Under the pieces are notes generated by a model. It worked only from the letters and a program-made list of their open reading frames with translations, did no database searches and was not told the DNA's origin. A program made the position numbers and the translations under genes. From positions 18,912,001-18,972,000 of the forward strand of contig CM119372.1 of assembly GCA_051294905.1 (NCBI GenBank): a stretch of DNA of 60,000 bases. The letters run 5' to 3'. This DNA is from Botryllus schlosseri (taxonomy: Eukaryota). The first letter of the stretch is position 1. Every line of letters starts with the position of its first letter. This document shows, in pieces, positions 39,401 to 50,300 of the stretch.

Positions 39401-40060
39401 GGGTCCTACCTTTTCCAACACACCTCACTCAGCTCTACCAGTAAATCTGATTACGTGAACAGAGAGAGGATATAAAATTGATAGCTATAAAGATGCAATT
39501 CAGGATTATATTGACCGATTCAGTCATGAAATATATAAATTTTTCGCACCTGGCGCGTTTAGGCGATATCAGCTAACTCACTAAACAGTACACCCAGTGC
39601 AGCTTAAAGTAGAGGCAAAATGCGTATATCGGGGGCTTCGCTTCACCCTATGAGGGCCAAAGACCCACGTTTTTTTTGAGGGGGGGGGGCGGGCTGGCGA
39701 AGTGGTGTTACGATCCAACGGTCCTTGATAGGCATACACCATATTATCATTGGATTTAGCTAGTGTTAAAATCACTGGGCCGAGAAATCGCCAGTTATGA
39801 CGTTGGGCAATGGATTTGTAGTGACGTAACGTGAAAGTACTTCGTTACTGAATGCCCAACTCTGGTTTTGTATCGCGCAGGGTGACTCCGGAGGACCCCT
39901 TGTTTGCCAGAGGAACAGGCGATGGTACATTGGCGCAGTCACCTCGTTCGGATTCGCTGACTGCGGTACTCCGGGCCACGTCGGAATTTACGCTCCCATG
40001 GATACGTACGAGACTTGGATTCGCATGACGTTGAATGCGCACACCTACGAAAGATGTTAG
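17446..40060 (+). CDS. Secreted multidomain serine protease: signal peptide + 7 thrombospondin type-1 repeats + trypsin-like S1A domain (~1077 aa, 18 coding exons)
   Basis: GT-AG exons with consistent phases: 17446-17893, 21318-21784, 22804-22951, 25165-25234, 25303-25422, 25752-25924, 26223-26290, 28638-28815, 29019-29198, 30015-30226, 31647-31793, 31867-31978, 33390-33541, 33613-33752, 34312-34454, 36029-36157, 37719-37885, 39881-40060 (3234 nt). TSP1 motifs WxxWxxC..C.G...RxRxC; activation site RLR|IFGG; WPWQVS, FCGATLI, TASHC (His57), NDIALIKL (Asp102), [16 protein letters not shown] (Asp189, Ser195). The N-terminal exons and the two linker exons are less certain than the domain exons. 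Confidence 0.93.
22160..22489 (+). mobile_element. Penelope-like pseudo-LTR remnant with 47-bp inverted ends
   Basis: 22160-22206 is the near-perfect reverse complement of 22443-22489. Internally CTGATG...GAAAAGCTTA is followed by AATAAA, the layout of Penelope ends. Confidence 0.45.
23101..24110 (+). mobile_element. hAT transposon (deleted) with transposase C-terminal ORF 23548-23940
   Basis: TIR TAGGGCCATTT / AAATGGCCCTA; perfect 8-bp TSD GTTATGTC; AAAGTCATAT subterminal repeats; ORF contains [16 protein letters not shown], an hAT C-terminal signature. Confidence 0.93.
24426..24808 (+). mobile_element. hAT-type MITE, family A
   Basis: Ends TTGGGTCACCATA / TATGGTAACCCTA, AAAAGAGGACA motifs as in 12216-12663, GCACCAC direct repeat on both flanks. 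Confidence 0.85.
25036..25148 (-). mobile_element. 113-bp hAT-type MITE, family A, next to a splice acceptor
   Basis: TIR TAGGGTTACCATA / TATGATAACCCTA; perfect 8-bp TSD ATATATCC. Confidence 0.88.
30448..30484. repeat. (GTT)n microsatellite
   Basis: About 12 GTT units, one of them GCT. Confidence 0.9.
32182..32378. mobile_element. hAT/Charlie-like MITE remnant
   Basis: Starts CAGGGGCGTCCAACCTTTTTGGCCG and ends ...GTGGGCCACAGGTTGG; right terminus truncated. Confidence 0.55.
36261..37355. mobile_element. hAT (Charlie-like) non-autonomous element
   Basis: TIR CAGAGGTCTCAAAC / GTTTGAGACCTCTG; TSD GTCTACAG / CTCTACAG (7 of 8 match); GGCCCGC subterminal motifs. Confidence 0.88.
38113..38162 (+). 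ncRNA. Degenerate minimal hammerhead-ribozyme-like motif (Penelope-type)
   Basis: TCGATGA-A-GGAGC-GGC-GCTCC-GAAA-GC-TC-GTG followed by AATAAA. Stem II is perfect, the core deviates from CUGANGA, and stem I is weak. Confidence 0.45.
38791..39725. mobile_element. Probable hAT-type non-autonomous element
   Basis: Ends CAGGACCGT / ACGGTCCT, G-rich subterminal tracts, TGATAGGC direct repeat on both flanks (38783-38790, 39726-39733). Confidence 0.5.
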
Positions 40061-42142
40061 CTCGACTCAGCGGCAAACTGTCTTGCCTGAAGAAAAATAG
40101 GCCGGTTCATCAGCAGGCCAGAGAGACGTGGATCGCAAGATTCATCGGAAAGTTAGCGTTCGTCTGCTGACGTGTTTTAGGCAGCATTTCAGATCTTCAC
40201 ATTCGATTTACCGAAGACATTTATTGCTGTCATGCGCTTATACGTTTTTCAAGTTACGATCTTGACATTTTCTGATTCCTTTTCTCATTATGCTATTTAA
40301 CTTTTAGTAGTTCAAAAGTGAGACATCAAAAATTCATTCCATTATTTCCTTTTGAGATATAATATATCACAAAATAGGAATATATCCTGTCTTCGTTTCA
40401 GAGGTAATCGACCTAATCAATTCTTTGAAACGATTACATTCTCCAAATTTAAAGTGTATTTAATATTTATTGAGTAAAAAGTAAGGGTCATCGGTAACAG
40501 ATGCCCTTTTTCATTTTTCGTCACCTCTCGTGGAAGATACAAACTGGATTACATAAATTCGCAAACACTATGTAACGACTGGGTCTCTTCTCTGGAATAT
40601 ATCCTTTCGCCCAGTTTGTACCTTGACTTGCATTTTCTTGCCCATGGCTATTTCTGTGTCTGGACGATATCAATGTTGCAACAGATTGACTCACTTGTTG
40701 TCCCTCCCGTATACAATTATAGCTGACCAGCTATGATGAGCTGCACTGTATGACTAAATGCCTACCACAACTTGACCTTGCGTCCTAGTAGTGAATTCTC
40801 AATTCAAAAAGACATGTGATTGCATTCAATACAGTTTATTCTGATACGTCATTTGTCGTAGAGAGTGTAAGAGAGTCTCATATCTTAAAACCCCAGTTTA
40901 TATACTCCGGGTTCATCATGCAATAGAGAGTATATCGAAAAACGGAGTAAGTTACCGTGATATGGGTCGTAGGCCCTATTAGACCGATCACGTGGGGAAT
41001 TGTTACTACAAAATATGGAAGTGTTATATCATAGTGCTTTTCAGCCGGGTGTATCGTATACCCGAGTACCGGGGTGTACCAACATTTTTGAAGGGTGTAC
41101 CACGCCGATGGGGTGTACTGGGGGGTCTCAGATCCTCATTATAATAGACCTTCCCTTTGTGATGTCACAAGCGAATGTTTCTCATCATTTAGCGTTAACC
41201 ATTACTAAGTAATGGACTTGTTGGGTAGAGCTAACGTGTATTCAGCTTGCGATATCTGTATAATTTGAGTATGGAGGAAACAATATTTTGAATTGGTAGA
41301 CATGCTTGCTTATAAATAGCGTCGTGCACATAATTGCAGGAGTGTAGCCAGGAGGCCTCGGGTTTCGAGTTTCAGAATTAACGAATTGGTTCGGCGATTT
41401 ATAATATTCTGACTATAGCGATCCTGATGGGAGGTCAAGAAATACCAATATGCAACAGAGTGAATAAGAGGCTAACAACAGGAAGATGAACCACTATTTT
41501 TGTGCTCAATATTTCCGAAGACACCCGCCCGCCCCCATCATCTCTACCTGTTAATCTGATCACGTGAGCTGAGAATGGCTAAATAGCCTAATTGACAGTA
41601 ATTTGTGAAACTACCAATATCATCGATGAAATTCATTACATGAGTAGGCCTATTTGTCGTCCAATTGGGCCATGATGACTCTCCGCTGGAATGCGGCCAC
41701 GACGAAAAGCCGCCCGTCACAGTGTGCAGCAGTGATGGGGTGACTCGATCGAGTCAGATGACCCGGGTCGCGTCTCTAAAATGTCTTCACTTGACTCGGA
41801 CTCGACGACGAGAAATGTTGAAAACTTGGACGCGAAGACAAATTTTCAAGTCATCAAATGTTCTACCTCTCAAAGCATTCCGACCTCCTACACAGCACTA
41901 GAAATGACCCATGTGTCATCAATTCTATATTTAAAGGATCCCTTTTCAGTTTTCGATATGTTTAATTCCGTCAGCAGCGACGAAGTCACACAAAAAGTAG
42001 CATCGGCATGGCCCTTAACTTAACTGTAGTCATAATGGTTTGGCCGGCGTTGTTATATAGGCCTATCTGTAAGTATCACCAGTATGCATGAACAATTGAA
42101 CATTGTGTATGTTCAATAAAGTATCGTATGCGTGGATCTATA

Positions 42143-42506
42143 TAGCTGATACCACATGTCCTCTTTTATGAGGAATTGTCCTCTTTTATTCAATGAAACA
42201 AAAATGTCCTCCGAGGACGTCCAAATGTCCTCTTTTTTGCAATCCATCCTCTCTTTTTGTTTTGAGTGTTAGGTGACTACAGAGACGACTAAAAAGGGTA
42301 AATTCAACCCAAAGTAAACGTGAAACTCGGCTGTTACTATAACTGCTGCGGTTGACAAAAAAGTGAACCCAGCGGAAACTGCATGTCCAAGGATAGTCAA
42401 CCTACCGATCGATCAGCAATATCTGTATAAATACCTCACTTTTAAGTCTCTTTTTGTAACTTGAAAAAGAGTCCTATTTTTCGGATCCTACAATATGGTA
42501 ACGCTA
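42143..42506 (-). mobile_element. hAT-type MITE, family A, degraded
   Basis: TGTCCTCTTTT motifs (reverse complement of AAAAGAGGACA) and end TATGGTAACGCTA. Confidence 0.7.
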
Positions 42507-43381
42507 CCTGAATTTGACTATTAACGCTGGATTGCAAGTGAATAAGATAATACGAGATATATCAATAGGGCATGGTTTTGGATGACAATGAAGTTTGCAC
42601 TCTGCTTCGGAATTCGTTGTCGAACCCGCGCCAAAGACCTTCACGGATTTTGGAAACCGGGTAGCAACGTAGCATGCACATTGCACAACCACTAAATCAC
42701 AATTAAAAACTAAATTCAATTATTCAATAATGCATGTCACCTGTCAAGTACAATTGTATATCCAACATAGATATATCGTCCTATAACGATTTTACAAAGT
42801 TTGCCATGTTACTACTTCATCTAATCTTACACTCATTGAGCGTTTTAATTCTTTTCACAGAATTATATAGGCATAAAATGTAGGATATGGCCTTTTAAGT
42901 GGAATTCGAAGTTTGAATCGGATCAGGATTAGGACTAAGATTTGAATGTATAAAAGTTCTGGATTAGGTTTAGGATTCGGATTAGAAACTTCGGTTTTGG
43001 ATTGGATTAGAACATAGAAATTTCAAATCCGATCATCTCTGACAGGCAAGCATATGTTTCTTCAGAAGATCAACTGATTAATACTGAATTTTTAGGTGTC
43101 CTCGAACGCTTGGAATTTTTATGACCAAGTTGCCCACGCGGCTAAACTGTCTCTATTTACAAAGAATATCCATGGCTAACAATGTCACAAATATATTTCG
43201 TAGTTTTTGCGTTCTGGCCGTAGTGTACCGGATGCAAGTGATTGCATTGTTGGATATCGCATTTGCGTATTTTACACCAGGGGTCGGCAACCAGCATAGC
43301 TCCGCGGATCGGTTTCCAAATGCATTTTTTCGCGAACCGGTCTCCAGATACATAAATATTCAACATTCATACTCTCTATAC

Positions 43382-45151
43382 CAGTGGTCGGGAACCTACA
43401 GCTCGCGAGCCATATATGGCTCTTTTGGGTATAAGATATGGCTCTTTGCCAAATATTTATTTTTGTACTGAATTGATCAATATTGCAGCAATTTATTAGT
43501 AAATTTTCATCACGGCCAGAATAATTATTCTCGTGGCAGTATAAACATGTCTAAAGACAATGCCGTCTCCAGGTTTAGGTGCTCGGAACCCCTCGGCTTT
43601 TCCAAATCCTCAAATTTAAGTTACTGTCGCGCCGACGACTAATATCACTCGCGAATTCGATGTACCCAACTCGAAATCTTGGATTGAGCGATACGTTGAT
43701 TGATCAAAGAAAATAGCGCACTTGGCGACGGCGTCCATATGACAACACAGTTTTCAAATACACATTGTCTTCTTGACCTACGGTGCGAATTGAACTGCCG
43801 TGAACGTGACATTCACCATTACAAAGAACGCCATGGTTATTCACGTTCTTGATTGATAAGTAGCTCTGTGGTACCGGCGATAAAATGTTGGCGTGCAGCG
43901 CAACGTTATATATTACCGCCGAATACTTAAAGAATTGAGAAATCGATCACTATTTAGATTTTCGGAATATGTGCGACAGCTACATTCGATTAATATTAGT
44001 TATAATAACTTTTAAACTATTTACCATGAATCGCGTTATCGATGGTAAGGCTACGCCCGTCTGTGCCTTACCTGTCGTTTCGCGCTTTATTTTCGAACAA
44101 TAAATATGCAAATTATGTGAATTGGGAGGAAAATGTTCAAAATCTAGTCATTCATAGTCATTCGTTAACTCATCCTGACAACAGGTGAGGCACTGCCTCA
44201 CTTGCCTCCCCTAACCCCACGTCCCTGATGTATCACAGCTTACAGTGGATAGGCCCATATACTTCTGCAGTGACCATGTTTGGCTCCACCTACGAATGTG
44301 ATCATGAGTTCTCGCATTTAAAAGGATCATCAGGACGAACCTTCGTTCTCGTAACTCACGTAAGGCAACCAGCATGATTGATACGAGTTTTTACAAAAAT
44401 GTGGCGCACACGACGAATCCCACGTAAAGTAGAGGTCGACTGACTATCGACATGGCCGATTATCGAGGCCGATATTTAGAGCTTTCCTGATTATCGATAT
44501 CGGCCTATGAAGGCTGATATCGCGGCCGATATTTTATATTTATAAAAAAAGTTCAAAAATATTGGAAATTCAATGTTCCGTGTTCTCAATCTCAAGAAAT
44601 CGACGACGCAAAGGGCGAAACGTGACAGATTTACCCTTGCAGGACGAATTTAACTGGGTGAGCAGTGAGCACGCAGAGAAACTATGCTTCCTGCATCACA
44701 ATCTACCTTTTCTGGACTTCTGTGCAATTCTGTATCGTATTTTGCTTTTTGGGTTATCCCAAATTTCAACGAATGTGCACAATTATGCAATAATTCTTTT
44801 CAATTTCAGTTTTCTCGTTTGTTGTTCAACTTTCTGTGGCATGAACAAGTGCCATCTTGCCTAATATATAATATTTTTGTTGAAATTGTTCACTGCTCCT
44901 TCCATGTTAATATCGGCCTATGATATCGGTTATCGGCCTTGTGAGTGTGTCGATATATCGGTATCGGCCTGTAAAAATCAATATCTGTCGACCTCTAATG
45001 TATATAGTGATGTTCGAATTAGTGCTACAATGACGTCACGAATGTTCAATTGTGACGTAACACTCGATTGACATGTATGGCTCTTTGGGAGTTGAAATGG
45101 AAAAAATAGGGCCAATATGGCTCTTCGGACCGAAAAGGTTCCCGACCACTG
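43382..45151 (+). mobile_element. hAT (Charlie-like) element with transposase remnant and nested insertions
   Basis: 16-bp TIR CAGTGGTCGGGAACCT / AGGTTCCCGACCACTG; perfect 8-bp TSD CTCTATAC; remnant MFGSTYECDHEFSHLK...LRSR at ~44276-44352. Confidence 0.92.
44430..44997. mobile_element. MITE with ATATCGGCC/GGCCGATAT subterminal motifs, nested
   Basis: TIR TAGAGGTCGAC / GTCGACCTCTA; TSD degenerate. Confidence 0.8.
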
Positions 45152-46039
45152 CTCTATACAATGAAAGTCCTGATTGGCTTGTTCTCCTCTCGGGCGCGGA
45201 CTAAACAGCCCAACTAAACGTGGGTACGAAATGCAATGTCGCGAATATGATCACGTAGGTTGAAAGATATAGAGTGATAAAGTGCCTGGTTCGCGTTAAT
45301 TACCTTATCAAATTTCGATCCTGGTGTGACTATATAGTCAATGTCAATGTGTGTTACAGGCATATAGAAATGAAAAGATAATTCCTTCGTCACCTATTCC
45401 GCGTCCCTATAGTGAGTTGCGTAATCTTGCGGTCACAAAATAAACTGTGCATGCGCGCATCAATAACATTAAAACATGATTTTCACACAAAATATTATAA
45501 TGAATATTTACTGCAAATCACTGTCAATTCCCCTGTATGAGTCCAGTGTGTGTATTGGCCTCCAGAGAACCCCTGAGACTGACTTAGAGAACCCATGGGG
45601 TTCGTGTTTAACCCGATTAAGAACCATAGTGGCTTCGAACATAAACATCCCCTTTCGCACGTGCTTTGCCAATCGATAGGCGTTAATAACATAATGCAAT
45701 GGGCAATTTCAATAATATATATCATTGGTAATTTGGCGTATTATAACACAACCAGATACACGCTATTTTGATAAAATAGATCAGCACTGCCTGTCTGATA
45801 TTAAATGCATAATTAGGGCCCTCATCGGGTCCGATCCCGGAGTTTAAACAGCTGTGAGATTCATCTTGAACGAAATCTTCTCATGGAAAAATAAATAGAG
45901 ACAATAAATGAAAAAAAGGATCAAAACTTGAACAGATTGACGCGGAAAATCGGTGCATTGTTTTGGTTCGTACTATCTCTAATAAATATCGTTGTAATAT
46001 TTTGAAATGATGGAAATCAAATAAAAGAATGATTTTGCT

Positions 46040-46670
46040 TGGCGCTTTCTAGAAGATATGCGGAAATTAGAAATCGCCAAGTTTATGTATCAGTTCCACT
46101 GCGGTCATTGTCCCGAATATTTCAATGACTTCGGAATCAAAAGCTCACTAGTACAACACACGCGCGTCCAAGTCGTCCAAATATCATATGATCGACCGAA
46201 CAGATCATCGCTCCATGAAATATGCCGGAACTGACGTGTGGAACTATAGATAACGAAGGTAAACCGGTTTACCTTAGTTATCTATAGTGGAACAGTATCC
46301 CGGCGGTCATCCGACTGTCGAGGAGCATGTCCAATGTCCATTGTCCACATTGTCCACATTCAAGTCGAAATACAAGCAATTACTACTAAATAAATACTAG
46401 TCCATCCTCAAGATTACCGGAACACGACCTGACCTATCGATCTCGTCTTCCATGAAATGCCACCCCATTTTTGTCGCTTGCTTTTTTTCTATTCTATCTT
46501 TTACTTTTCATTCAGTGTGCAAGTGCATGCCTCCTCTTTACATCGCCTAGGCTAAGGTGGTTGTCTGATTCCATAGACTACTCCAAGTCGCTTCGACACC
46601 TTCCTATCTTTTCATTGTATCGCATTTTTGTGGCGTATTAAACTGATAAAAATTGCTAATAAACCAATCA
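46040..46670 (+). mobile_element. 5'-truncated non-LTR retrotransposon (CR1/L2-group LINE) 3' end
   Basis: Decayed ORF2 C-terminus LEDMRKLEIAKFMYQF...PEYFNDF..H*YNTR...SMKYAGTDVWNSIP..IR....FKSKYKQLLLNKY*, then a T-rich 3' UTR and AATAAA. Confidence 0.75.
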
Positions 46671-47351
46671 TGATTATATAGCTTAGTGCAGTGATCACTG
46701 AACATGAACAGTTTTGTGTACAGATCCGGGTCTGTCAATTACATCTTGCCTGTAAACGATAGAGTGGTCGCCATTGGTTTGTGGCAGCTGATTATTTAAT
46801 TTATTCGTTATTTGGATTTCGAATTCGGGATCCTGTAGCGGCGGCGTCAGGGTATTTACCTGCCATGCAATCATTCTCTTGCTGGAAAAATGTGACTTGG
46901 GGAGAAGACCAATGGATACAGGAAAATCAAGTCCACCAAATCCAACCTTATACATCACAGATCACACCAAAGCCAACGCCTTGGTACTTCGTATGCTTCC
47001 TTCCCCTCTTCTCTTCCCGTAACCTGTTACCTGCTTCTGCCGGGTATAATATCGTACATTTTTTAGTTCTGCTGGAGATATGTCAAAAGAACGAAGTATA
47101 AGTCTGATATAAAGCACAGTTAGACCGTTTATGGGAGATGCTAGATTCGCCAGCAATGTGACTTGGAAGATGCGTTTGTATCATCAGGTACCATGTACAT
47201 TGTCAGTGTTGCCCGATGGCCATGAGCATCTTCAATCACTGTCAAGTGTCAATCAGCAATGCTGAGGCAGCTATCATTTATTTTCATCTTTTATAGTGGT
47301 TGATTATCTATTTATGTATGTAAACTTTTGTATTGGGAAGAATCGAGAAGA

Positions 47352-50300
47352 ATGTCCAGGTAAATTCTTACTGATGATTTCATTTGTTTTGTATGCATCT
47401 ATTCAATGATTGATTGATTCGCTGATAGAGTACATGCCTTTGCCTTATGTGTCATGTTATGTATATTTGATAATTTCTTGAATAGTTGGTTTGTTGATAT
47501 CCCTAAACTCAGTTTGCAGTTATTATAATTATATCACTTGAATACACCACAATATTTCAATACAATGAATACATTGCACGAAGTCGAAACAACATAGAAT
47601 AGCCAATCGATCAAATACCCAATGATAAAAGTAAAAAAAAGATATTGTATAATATGAGATATATACACTTATATACTGTACATGGAATGGAAAAATGAAT
47701 AAAAAGGAAATCATATAATGGCAATGAGGAATGAGAAGGAAGGGGCATGCTTTGGTAGGTGAATCGGTATGTCAAATCGTGATCCAAGAATCTTGAGCAC
47801 CTTAGAGATTCTCCTTGAAGGTGTTGATTGAACAGGCTTGACGACTGCATGTGGCTGACGATGTACTGAACATGGTCTTTGATTATTATCCACCGTCTTG
47901 AAAAGAATAATTTCTTTAATTATTTTTACTTCTAAATCTTAACATTCAATGTTTTATTCCAGTTCAAGAAGAGCTGGTTCTAGCGGCAATGCTCACGGCT
48001 CAAATCAAATTGGCCTCAATCAAATTTGGGAAGATCTAAAGCAAGGAATGGATCAGGTACTTGTAGTGTTGTAGATTTTTTAGTCGACTCGATATGCCCA
48101 TAGCATCAGCTTGAAACTCGTTTTGTTTATTTACATCACTTCGGGGTTGACAAAATGGTTGCCAGTAAACTCGCCCCAAAGTAAATTCGGCCCGTCGAAT
48201 TCGGCCCTCGGTCACTTCGGCCGTCGGTGAATTCGGCCGTCGGTAAATTCGGCCCTCGGTAAATTCGGCCAGGGCCAGAGTAACAACAACAGTTACAATA
48301 CCATTATCTAACCTGAACCCTAACCCTAATCCTAACCTAACCCTAATCCTAACCTAACCTAACCCTAACCCTAATCCTAACCTAACCCTAATCCTAAACC
48401 TAAACCTAAACCTAATCCTAACCTAACCCTAATCCTAACCTAACCTAAGGGTAAGGGTTAGGTTAGGTTAGGATTAAGGTTAGGATTAGGGTTAGGTTAG
48501 GTTAGGATTAGGGTTAGGATTAGGGTTAGGGTTAGGTTAGGTTAGGTTAGAATTAGGGTTAGGATTAGTGTTAGGGTTCAGGTTAGGTAATATTATAATT
48601 ATGTAATATAATACACATTATTAGTTCGTAATACAATTTCACACAATGTTTTGCGAGGGCCGAATATACCGATTGAATTCGGCTGTCGGTAAATTCGGCC
48701 CCGTAAACATCGGCATATATATATACATATATATATTTATACGCATACCCTGTTCTCCAAATCACTTGATAATAATATAATTATGAAATTAATTCACATT
48801 AATAGTTGGTAATACATTTTTATAAAAAATTCTCCGAGGGCAGAATTGACGGAGTAACCAGTGAATTGGCCGGTGAATTCGGCCGTCGGTAAATTCGGTC
48901 CCCGTGAATATCCGCGCTATCTCCCGTGATTACGCGATCTACGCATACCCTGACATCCAAATCACTTAATAATGGTATAATTATGTAATTAATTCATGTT
49001 AACGGTTGGTAATACATTTTAATACAATATTCTCGGTGGGCCGAATTTACTGATGTAATGGCCGAATTTGCCTGGGCCGAATTTACTTTGGGGCGAGTTT
49101 ACTGGCAACCGACAAAATTACAGAATTTGTCTGTTCATAAAGCCTTTATTGAGCCGCTTCATTGTAGCAAATTACTGTGTTTCTGCAATGTCACCATGAA
49201 TAGGCAGTTTATGGTGTGTGTTCATATATTGAACATTTAAACCAGAGGCGGGCGAGCTACGGCTCACGACAAGTTTTGTGCAGCTCACGAAAGGCTCCAA
49301 CAATATACGAATTCAGTGATATAATTGCGTGAATTACCTGATTCAACTTATTGCAATACATTTCATCTCCTTGTAGAGAAACGACAGTTTCATTTTATTA
49401 TACCAATATTATTTAGCCCACCACGGCAATCCCGCATTTGAAAAATTTCCGGTTACTAAACATCCAATATTTGGCAATACAAATTTCATACTTGGCTGGC
49501 AAAGCAGTTGATTCCGAGTATAATGAACTTCATATCATCGGAATCCGTCAATGCATTGCGAAGTTGGGTTTGAAATTTTCATAATTTTGCTTTCATTCAA
49601 GCATGACAATCAATAATTTTGTATGGGTTTCCGTCCCGCAATATTGAGGGTATAGTCTCTGAGTAATATTTATATTTAGTATAATAGAGCTTGAATTATT
49701 CTTCATTCTATCATGTACCGTACAATTTTACATTTTTCCTTCGAGCACTAGGTGAAGGGCTGAATAGGCCCTCGAAGTTTGAACCTTTTCAAAATCATTG
49801 ATGTGTGACAAACTTATCGACGTAGTTGTGAAAAATACATGCATCGATTTTGTCAAAGTGCGTTATCATAACATCATCCAAAACAGATAGCCACTCTGAA
49901 ATTAGCTCAGAGCTATATTGTGTCTAGGCTGTCTACCTCACTTGGTTTTTGATATGGGTTTGATATTGTTTCTCTATCTGTCTTTACCAATATTTTCTAC
50001 GTTGCATTTCTGATTCCCTGTGAATGTCATTTTGTTTAGCGAGACCTAATCTTATCTATCAGTCAATCTGTGTCATACAATGTCATGCAGATGCGGCTTT
50101 GTTACAATCATCACAATTTCTTGTAAAGTTATGTCAACATCATAGCCTGCAGAAACGAGTTCGTGTAATGGTTTTGTGTGGACACGGTGCATCTTTAGTG
50201 ATGGATGGTCAATTTGATTGATTCTGAATTCCGCTCTAACTTCAGCCCGCAACTTGGCTTGATAATCTAAGATAGCCGAGATGTATATGCTGATGATGAT

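Noticed and set aside
48308..48590. Ancestral telomere-telomere fusion site
   Set aside because: The orientation is CCCTAA then TTAGGG (a fusion gives the reverse), and the arrays lie inside a TIR/TSD-bounded element.
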